A stretch of 64,000 nucleotides of DNA, from positions 116,967-180,966 of the IMG/VR virus record IMGVR_UViG_3300014208_000025. One strand, given 5' to 3'. The translations under genes were made by a program, and so were the position numbers. This document shows, piece by piece, positions 20,376-27,588 of this stretch; within the stretch, counting starts at the first letter, position 1; the number at the start of each line of letters is the position of its first letter. The notes beneath the pieces are model-generated. The model did no database searches and was not told the origin of the DNA. It saw only the letters and a program-made list of their open reading frames with translations. The DNA comes from a virus (Duplodnaviria > Heunggongvirae > Uroviricota > Caudoviricetes).

Positions 20376-20962
20376 TTAAGCTCAAAGAAGTATTAGAAGA
20401 TTTAGGAAATACATTTCAGATGTATCATGGAGGAAAACGTTGGTCACGCCTTCCTACAGAATTGTTAGGAAATTCTCAAGGTCGTTATGAGGCCGGTGTA
20501 GGAATATATTTCACCAATGACTACAATACTGCCCGTCGTTACGCTAAAGGGTCTAGGGTTGTTCATCGTGTTGAAATTGACAAAAACTTCAAAGAAATTG
20601 AAAATGTTAAACTTCCATTAATAGAAGTCGTTGATTTTGTAAAGAATCTTAACGGTCTAAAACGAAGATCGGAAATTATTGATTCATTAAAAAATAATGC
20701 ATCTCGCATGAATACAGATTTTGTATCAGCAAATATTCTTAATAATTTAATTGTGAACTATGAAGCTGGGGCAGGCAAGGTAGGCATTAAAATATCAAAC
20801 TATCTCGTAAGTAAAGGTGTAGATGCCAAATTTGAATCCCAAAGCGGAGACGAGTTTTGGTTAATTGTGTTTAACCCAAACATCATAAAAAAAGTAGATG
20901 TTGTTAACCCTGCTACAGTAAACAGTGATTTCGCATTTACCCTTCCCAATCCATTCCTATGA
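20372..20962 (+). CDS. PARP-like (H-Y-E class) ADP-ribosyltransferase-fold protein
   Basis: QMYHGGKRW followed 28 aa later by GIYFTNDY (compare PARP HGS ... GIYFAD). Leader MIKLKEVLED. ATGA overlap with the stop of the 2H gene. Confidence 0.5.
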   Translation: MIKLKEVLEDLGNTFQMYHGGKRWSRLPTELLGNSQGRYEAGVGIYFTNDYNTARRYAKGSRVVHRVEIDKNFKEIENVKLPLIEVVDFVKNLNGLKRRSEIIDSLKNNASRMNTDFVSANILNNLIVNYEAGAGKVGIKISNYLVSKGVDAKFESQSGDEFWLIVFNPNIIKKVDVVNPATVNSDFAFTLPNPFL

Positions 20963-21036
20963 TTAAACTCAAGAGTCTCATATCAGAATATGTTTATGAT
21001 AACGTGGATTTTGTTATCATAAGATCATATTTATAG
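20959..21036 (+). CDS. leader-only mini-ORF (25 aa)
   Basis: MIKLKSLISEYVYDNVDFVIIRSYL* starts in an ATGA overlap with the stop of 20372-20962. Stop TAG at 21034-21036. Confidence 0.25.
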   Translation: MIKLKSLISEYVYDNVDFVIIRSYL

Positions 21037-21043
21037 ACACAAC

Positions 21044-22006
21044 ATGAAACTCAAGACCATTCTTTTACTCGGTGAATCTTCCGGCTTCGGCATCGCCGGC
21101 GGTCCTTTGGGTGGTTCATTGACTTCTCATGATACTAAACTACGAGCCTATCCTAATAGTATGGATGACGTTGAAGGTTGGAATGGAATTGTTGAGGGTG
21201 ATGGTTGGTTTGTACATAGGGAATCAAATAATTGGGATACTAAACTTTCCGGAGCAAGCGTGTATATCACCGAGGGAGAACCACACAAGTATTGGATGCG
21301 TATCAAAACCCACGGCTTACGCAAGCCAAACGACACGAATGAATCCTACCGCCAACGTATCAATAAACACTCAGACAAGGTTGCCCGAGCATGGATGACT
21401 GCTGCGAAGAAACTCCACAACAATCCCGAAATCAACGAAGTCGGTAACGAGATTCAGATGACGTGGAAAGAAGCTTTCAAGTTAGCATTGGAGAGTGCCA
21501 AGGTCAAACCCTTCATCGCTGAATATGGAGAACGTCAGATAAATCCGACAAAACGTGCCTTAGACCGTGTAAGTCCGCCTATATCAGACCCTATTAATTT
21601 TACCCCAAGATTGGAAGAACAAGCGAATCCTCAAATTGGTTGGTCTGCCGTCGTGTTGGATGAACAATCCAAGAATCGTTTATTGACTGAATTCGGCTCC
21701 AAAATACCTGATGGGTTCGAAAAGATTGCTCATCACATGACGATTACAATGGGCGGATTACCACCCGAGAAGAAGGGTGACGTTGGTAAAACGGTGACTC
21801 TATTGGCCACTCACATAGGAATTTCTGAAAAGGCCATTGCGGTTAAAGTTTCAGGCTATTTCACAACCAATAAAAATCCACACGTTACTTTAGCCATTGA
21901 TAGAAATGGTGGGGCCAATCCAGTTGATTCCAATAAAATCACTAATTGGGAAACGTTGCCGCAACCAATTTCTCTATCGGGGAAAGTAACTGAGTATTCT
22001 CGTTAA
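21044..22006 (+). CDS. two-domain protein with C-terminal 2H phosphoesterase domain
   Basis: AHHMTITMGG and NPHVTLAID (two H-x-T-x motifs) in the C-terminal ~120 aa. Leader-like MKLKTILLLGE. Confidence 0.5.
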   Translation: MKLKTILLLGESSGFGIAGGPLGGSLTSHDTKLRAYPNSMDDVEGWNGIVEGDGWFVHRESNNWDTKLSGASVYITEGEPHKYWMRIKTHGLRKPNDTNESYRQRINKHSDKVARAWMTAAKKLHNNPEINEVGNEIQMTWKEAFKLALESAKVKPFIAEYGERQINPTKRALDRVSPPISDPINFTPRLEEQANPQIGWSAVVLDEQSKNRLLTEFGSKIPDGFEKIAHHMTITMGGLPPEKKGDVGKTVTLLATHIGISEKAIAVKVSGYFTTNKNPHVTLAIDRNGGANPVDSNKITNWETLPQPISLSGKVTEYSR

Positions 22007-22584
22007 AAGTTGAATTCCCCAATTAAAATTGCCTGCCAAAATACCAATCCTCCAAATCCTTGATTACCATTAGAATTGATAACAAAACTTCCTGTATTAA
22101 GAGTTTGGGCTAACCACGTTCTCGAAGCTTGACCCGTTACCGTAACACTGTAATTAGAGGTAGGAAATGCAGTAGAAAAATTGACGGTGTATTTCTTTGG
22201 AATCCCAACAAATACTGAACCACTAACCACACCGGATTTAACTTTCAATCCATTTATGTAAGATGCAGTTGAAGAATTTATTGTTGAATCCGCTGTGTTC
22301 GAATGGGATGCCGATATAGAATTTAGAGAAGTATTCGAAAAGGATGAAGACTCTGAAAATTCCGTGTAGGAAGAAGAAATAGATGATTGAGCTAAATTAA
22401 CATAAGATGACGATTCCGAATTAATCGAATAAGATGATGTTCCTTGTAAATCGCCTACAAACGAACCACTAACTTGTGTAGATAATGAGAAATCAATATT
22501 ACTACCCGAAGCAGCAGTTAAGGATGATGTAATGGTTACATCAATGAAACTTGCTGAATTGACAAAAAAGATTAGGTCATCCAT
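22003..22584 (-). CDS. hypothetical S/T-rich protein, paralog pair member
   Basis: C-terminal VTVTGQASRTWLAQ...FVINSNGNQGFGGLVFWQAI is related to the C-terminus of 22636-23013. Confidence 0.35.
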   Translation of the reverse strand: MDDLIFFVNSASFIDVTITSSLTAASGSNIDFSLSTQVSGSFVGDLQGTSSYSINSESSSYVNLAQSSISSSYTEFSESSSFSNTSLNSISASHSNTADSTINSSTASYINGLKVKSGVVSGSVFVGIPKKYTVNFSTAFPTSNYSVTVTGQASRTWLAQTLNTGSFVINSNGNQGFGGLVFWQAILIGEFNF

Positions 22585-22635
22585 ATTCTATCCTCCTATT
22601 TCATATCATAAATAGTGTGGATAATTTAGAAAATA

Positions 22636-23013
22636 TTACAATTTATCAGTTCTCCAATACACATATCCCTCAAATGAAACATTACTGTTTGATGATACTC
22701 CAAAGCTTGAAGTGGATTTGTTAAATACTGACCATAACCTAATATCTTCTCCTGTTATTGTAATTGTATAAGACGTGTCGGAATAAGGAGAGAGAAGATT
22801 TACCATATATGTCTTTGGTTCTCCAGAAAACCATGAACCGGAAATTCCTCCATATTGAAATCCGATTTGTTCATATACAAAATCGGATATCTGTTGAATT
22901 GTTGATTTGAAACTAGAATAGTTTCCGTTACCTAAATTTTTACAGATTTCTACGAAATCATTTGTGTTTAGACTTCCTGATAAAGAAGTTAATTCTGATA
23001 ATTTTACGAACAT
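22636..23013 (-). CDS. hypothetical protein, paralog pair member
   Basis: ITITGEDIRLWSV...FGVSSNSNVSFEGYVYW shared with 22003-22584. Confidence 0.35.
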   Translation of the reverse strand: MFVKLSELTSLSGSLNTNDFVEICKNLGNGNYSSFKSTIQQISDFVYEQIGFQYGGISGSWFSGEPKTYMVNLLSPYSDTSYTITITGEDIRLWSVFNKSTSSFGVSSNSNVSFEGYVYWRTDKL

Positions 23014-23035
23014 AAATACCTTGAGAGATAAATAT

Positions 23036-23200
23036 TTATTCGAGTATTATCATGTATCCGTTTTCTGTGATACGAATAGCATTTTCCGGTCCATCCGTTA
23101 CTCGATAAAACAATTCTATGATTGGTTCGAACGAATCCAAAACAGGTATGTTAACGATATATGTTTTACCATTTACTTTTTTTAGTATTCTTTGAATCAT
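23036..23200 (-). CDS. small hypothetical protein (54 aa)
   Basis: Unlisted ORF (MIQRILKKVNGKTYIVNIPV...) in an otherwise empty 244-bp gap. Confidence 0.2.
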   Translation of the reverse strand: MIQRILKKVNGKTYIVNIPVLDSFEPIIELFYRVTDGPENAIRITENGYMIILE

Positions 23201-23256
23201 AACGATTATACATAGATAACATCAACCATTAAAATTTAGAAAGTAGTAAATCGTTC

Positions 23257-24090
23257 TTAATCATAATACTCCATAGTGAAGTTTCTGTTGTTTCTAGCCA
23301 CATCTGACATAGCCTCAAACAGATTGCTCTTTTGTGTAGCTTGGATTTTCGTTCTAAGATAACCGGCAAGAGCGGTTAGATGCTTACAAAGACCCGCATC
23401 ATAGTTGTAAGCAGGCTTTGGGCGACGGTTGATACACTTATTAAGACTCTTGGGACCAACTTGACTAGCATCCTGAGCAGTGTCATTCCAAGCCCAACGA
23501 TACATGAAGTCAGGACAACCACAATCCACTTTACATGGCAAGTCGGCTACATTTTCGGTGTTGGATTTCTTGATTTCTTTAAAGAATTGAATTGACCCCT
23601 GAAATGGTTTATCCGTCACCGATGGATTGGATTTGTATCTGAAATTCCACGATTCTTTTCCATCTTCAAGAGACACAGGAATGGAACGAGGTTTGACATC
23701 ATTAGCTCTGGCTTTCCTACCTTTATCGGTAAGTTTCAAAAGGTCATTGTAAGACATTTCTTCGGTTAGTGTATCCTCCATCAAATCAACGCTGCGGTCA
23801 GTATTGTCATCTCTCAATTCATCTGCCTGCATTTCGATAGTAAGGTCTTTGATTCGTTTCATTAACCAAGGTCGGATTTCAACTTCTTCATTGTCAAATC
23901 GCATTACCCCATCATGATTGTAATTGAAAGTGAGTCTTACCCAACCGCGTTTGAATAATTCTCCTACGGGAGAATGGTCAAACCATAACTCTTTAGATAC
24001 TCCCATGTTAGCCAAAATATCTGTAGCAGCAGCCCAATGACCGTATTTGGAATTATTGTAAATTTCATAGAGTTTACCTTTGTCATCCAT
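23257..24090 (-). CDS. hypothetical protein (Cys-containing, CKVDCGCPDF)
   Basis: ORF. The reading frame stays open about 57 codons upstream of the ATG with no start codon. Confidence 0.35.
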   Translation of the reverse strand: MDDKGKLYEIYNNSKYGHWAAATDILANMGVSKELWFDHSPVGELFKRGWVRLTFNYNHDGVMRFDNEEVEIRPWLMKRIKDLTIEMQADELRDDNTDRSVDLMEDTLTEEMSYNDLLKLTDKGRKARANDVKPRSIPVSLEDGKESWNFRYKSNPSVTDKPFQGSIQFFKEIKKSNTENVADLPCKVDCGCPDFMYRWAWNDTAQDASQVGPKSLNKCINRRPKPAYNYDAGLCKHLTALAGYLRTKIQATQKSNLFEAMSDVARNNRNFTMEYYD

Positions 24091-24269
24091 CCACCATGCT
24101 TTCCATACTTCAGAAGTTTCGTTTAGTGGTTGTTTTTTACATACACGTTGATATTCTTGCGGAGTATATTCTTTTTTGACTTGGGGATGAAACTCAACCT
24201 CGTCTGGATTGAATCCCCATTCCTTCCACTGTTTTCGTGTAGGGTCAAATTTTCTACCATTTGGAAACT

Positions 24270-24566
24270 CTATCCATGTATGAGCAAAAATATTTCCGTA
24301 AATCCAATTGACTTGTAAAATTCGATCAAATCTTTCTTTTCTAATTTTTTGCCGGGCATATTAGCTAGTGGTTGAGCATGTAACCAACAATGTTTAGGTA
24401 AAAATCGAGCTAATTTTTTGGCAAACCCTTTACCTCTATATTTTGGATAGACTACAAAAGATTCCACTTTAGGGATTCCCCCAAAAAGATTAGACGGGGC
24501 AACATCAAAATAACCGTAAAATTTTTTAATTTCGGATTCTAAGATAAGATGCTTTAATTTAATCAT
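24270..24566 (-). CDS. mini GNAT-like protein (acetyltransferase motifs A and B only) with MIKLK leader
   Basis: VVYPKYRGKGFAKKLARFL (GNAT motif A Q/RxxGxG/A) and IEFYKSIGF (motif B). Leader MIKLKHLILE. ATGA overlap with the upstream gene. Confidence 0.35.
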   Translation of the reverse strand: MIKLKHLILESEIKKFYGYFDVAPSNLFGGIPKVESFVVYPKYRGKGFAKKLARFLPKHCWLHAQPLANMPGKKLEKKDLIEFYKSIGFTEIFLLIHG

Positions 24567-24856
24567 ACTTTTCCAAGACGTTTTTTAACATCTGACAATT
24601 TGTATCGTCCTCTAGGAAATTTAAACAATTCTTCTGACGTGGGCATCTCATACCCCATTTTATTCATATGTTCTGGATTACTAGAAAAATGATTTTGTCC
24701 ACTAGAAATGTCATCTATTTGAACGTAATTAAACTGTGGAAACGATTCGTCTTTTTGTATTGTGACCATTAATACATCATCATTCAAATATGGTAAACGT
24801 CGTTTAACTTCGGAGTCTTTTATTGTTCCTTCAATGAGATGTTTAAGCTTAATCAT
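24563..24856 (-). CDS. hypothetical protein with MIKLK leader (possible N-terminal half of a split GNAT)
   Basis: MIKLKHLIEG leader. Directly precedes and overlaps the mini-GNAT ORF. Confidence 0.3.
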   Translation of the reverse strand: MIKLKHLIEGTIKDSEVKRRLPYLNDDVLMVTIQKDESFPQFNYVQIDDISSGQNHFSSNPEHMNKMGYEMPTSEELFKFPRGRYKLSDVKKRLGKV

Positions 24857-24875
24857 ACGGATATAAATATGGAAT

Positions 24876-25640
24876 TTATATCCTATTCGTTAACTTTCTT
24901 CTTTCATTGAGAATGGTGGCTTTAGATGTTCCGTATTTTTCTTGTAATTGAGAAATTGTGAATTGTTCTGATAAAATGTCTTTATGAAGTTCCGGTTTCA
25001 AATTTTTCAAATGTGCCTTTCTTTCGGAAATTCGTTTTTTGACTTCCTCTGACATAGGACCTCGTTTTGTTCCTTTCATCTTGTTATCATAAGAGTAATT
25101 CATTTTTCTATTTCTCAATATCATGTTTCGATTTTCAAATTTTTCCGTTCCTTTTCTTTTTCCGTTTCGTTGTATAAACCAATCCAATGTATAACGGCCA
25201 ATAGATTTTTGTTTTTGAAGTTGAATGGATGATTCACTATGTTTTTTTCCAAACATGGGGTTATTTTCCCCAGCACTAATCCCACTCATTTTTTCTATAA
25301 AAGCATCTCTATTTGGATTGTGGGTAATGTTATCGCCTCCACATGCTTTAGGACAAATATTGTAACCAATACCCTGAATGTATGGTTTGAATGTGTCTAA
25401 ATAGTATTGTTCTCTTTCAAGAAGAAGTTCTTTTTTTGACTCGGTTTCTTCTATAATTGACATTGAAAACTTATCGCCGCCATAGAAATTCCAAGAATTC
25501 TGTAATTTAGGATTACAGTGTTGATTTCTAATAAGATTTCCTTTGTGTTCTATTTCCCATCGTTTATCTATATCTTCCGAACTTCCAATATAGAATTTTC
25601 CGGTGACTTCGTTTGTGATTTTGTATATTCCACTTTTCAT
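24876..25640 (-). CDS. GIY-YIG homing endonuclease with NUMOD3-like repeats
   Basis: GIYKITNEVTGKFYIGSS...R...E...N. GENNPMFGKKHSE. Confidence 0.8.
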   Translation of the reverse strand: MKSGIYKITNEVTGKFYIGSSEDIDKRWEIEHKGNLIRNQHCNPKLQNSWNFYGGDKFSMSIIEETESKKELLLEREQYYLDTFKPYIQGIGYNICPKACGGDNITHNPNRDAFIEKMSGISAGENNPMFGKKHSESSIQLQKQKSIGRYTLDWFIQRNGKRKGTEKFENRNMILRNRKMNYSYDNKMKGTKRGPMSEEVKKRISERKAHLKNLKPELHKDILSEQFTISQLQEKYGTSKATILNERRKLTNRI

Positions 25641-25711
25641 ATATCCATAAATATCAGGAGTTATACGAAAAGATTATTATATTTCCAAAAAACAAATATG
25701 TAAATAAACGC

Positions 25712-25741
25712 ATAAAAAAGAGCCTCATTTCTGAGGCTCTT
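25712..25741 (-). terminator. rho-independent terminator downstream of the major capsid gene
   Basis: Perfect 9-bp stem (agagcctca / tgaggctct) with 4-nt loop. On the minus strand it is followed by a 7-nt U-run. Confidence 0.6.
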
Positions 25742-25769
25742 TCTGAGTGTAAGTTAGTCTTACAAAGGA

Positions 25770-27551
25770 TTATACAGTGTCCAAGTCTGCGACGAGGATT
25801 TTCCCGTAAAACTCGGGCCGCACGATCTTCTTCGCGTAACGGGTCATTACACCGCGTCTTGGGGTGAAATTCACTGGATCATACACCAAAGGTGTTTGAA
25901 CGAGTGGGATGTATGGAGCATAGACAGCTCCCGTTTCGAGGAAGTTATTTCCACGGAAGCCCAACAGAATGACGTTATCCGTCATATATGGGTTCTTATA
26001 GACTTGGAAGCGACTTGCGAAGCTACCAACACGGCTTACGCCCATGGCATACTTGGCTTGATCGCCATCTGTGTTCACAACGAATCCCGGAATGGATTCT
26101 AAAATCGTTGATACGTCTGGGGAGACGACCATGAAGTTAGCACCACCACGGAGGGTCAATTGGTGAATCTTGTTGGATACCTTTTGAATCTTGTTACCAA
26201 GAGTCTGATACCATGTTGCCTTGGTGTAATAGCCACCTGTTCCAGCAACCGTTTGGGTCACGACGTTGTAACCACCTGAGCCGTTAGGCACGATTTCGGT
26301 GTTGAGCTTGGCGCTCCAACGTTCCGTTGTTAATGCTGGGGCATTGGTAATCAACATGTCGAGAATTTCGAGGTCAATTTCCATTGAAACATATTCAGAC
26401 AACAGGGCCGTCAATTCGGCTTCTGCATCAATACTATGATAAGCATTCAAGTCTTGAGCGAGTTCTGGAGTCCAGACTGCCTTCAACTTACGAGTCTTAG
26501 CGACGATTGGTTCGCTTTTGAGTTCCAAGTTTACTTCTGGAATACCAATATCTTTGTTAAGACCGGTATCAGGAGCGTTGGTTGACTTACCTGTTGGATT
26601 GAAGAACGAGACACCACTGTTTCCAGTGTTATCTTCGAAGTCACCACGGTTACTATCCGTTGGTTGAACGGAGTAGATAACAGAACCAGTCAAGGAGCCG
26701 GTTGGTTGAACTGGAGCGGAACCAGAAGCTACGAAAGTTACTTCGCCGGCCGTGGTCAATTTGGTGAATGCTGGGTAATATTCACACACACCACCAACAT
26801 TCAATTCACCTGCTGCGCCGCCTGGTGTTACCGGCATAAATGAACGAACTGCGTTCGCGTCAAATACGTTACCATTAACCAACGACATGGCTCGGAAATT
26901 GTTTGTGGTAATGGCAAACAATTGACCGGCGGCCCATGATGCTGAAATGGAATTCAACAATTTGTCAGCGGAACCAGAACGTGCAGCCTGCACATAATAG
27001 TTGGTCAACCAATTAATGTCTTCCTGAGTAGCGGCTACGCTAGTAAAGGAACACGTTACGATTTTGTCGTTGGCAGTATAGCCATACTTACCAACGCCAT
27101 ACAGACCACCGATTGGCTTATCTGTTGAACCTGATTTGACGCCTGTTCCACCGAATAGTGATGAATAGTTACCGGTTGCATCAGCTGGACGACCACCTTG
27201 GGCTGAACCATACTTGAAATCCAAGTAAAATACGAGGCCCGATGGTAGATTCATTGGCTGGACGGAGACGAACTCCTTGGCAGCAAATTCTGCGAATACA
27301 CGCCGAACGAGTGGGAGAGCTACGCCTGCCCATTGTTCGGAGTTTGCGGAAGTACCAGTAGCAGTAGCTTCTTCAATTAGCTGTTTAGCTTGATTTTCGA
27401 GCAACACTGACATGTTGGACTTCTCGATATCACTTTTGATACCTTCGAGCAAGCCGGTCTTATCCCACTTGGTCACTAGACCACGGGTTTCCGTCATCAA
27501 GCGAGCTTGAGGATTCATTGTGTTTGTTAACAACGATTTAATGTTTTCCAT
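25770..27551 (-). CDS. major capsid protein (T4 gp23-like)
   Basis: QPMNLPSGLVFYLDFKY (T4 QPMNSPTGQVF). RKLKAVWTPELAQDLNAYHSIDAEAEL (T4 RQLKAAYSIELAQDLRAVHGMDADAEL). C-terminal YAPYIPL...TRY. N-terminal propeptide-like segment with LLEG / VLLEN. Confidence 0.9.
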   Translation of the reverse strand: MENIKSLLTNTMNPQARLMTETRGLVTKWDKTGLLEGIKSDIEKSNMSVLLENQAKQLIEEATATGTSANSEQWAGVALPLVRRVFAEFAAKEFVSVQPMNLPSGLVFYLDFKYGSAQGGRPADATGNYSSLFGGTGVKSGSTDKPIGGLYGVGKYGYTANDKIVTCSFTSVAATQEDINWLTNYYVQAARSGSADKLLNSISASWAAGQLFAITTNNFRAMSLVNGNVFDANAVRSFMPVTPGGAAGELNVGGVCEYYPAFTKLTTAGEVTFVASGSAPVQPTGSLTGSVIYSVQPTDSNRGDFEDNTGNSGVSFFNPTGKSTNAPDTGLNKDIGIPEVNLELKSEPIVAKTRKLKAVWTPELAQDLNAYHSIDAEAELTALLSEYVSMEIDLEILDMLITNAPALTTERWSAKLNTEIVPNGSGGYNVVTQTVAGTGGYYTKATWYQTLGNKIQKVSNKIHQLTLRGGANFMVVSPDVSTILESIPGFVVNTDGDQAKYAMGVSRVGSFASRFQVYKNPYMTDNVILLGFRGNNFLETGAVYAPYIPLVQTPLVYDPVNFTPRRGVMTRYAKKIVRPEFYGKILVADLDTV

Positions 27552-27588
27552 ATAGTTATTTGAGTTTTTTGTTTGTTTCCCGCATTAC

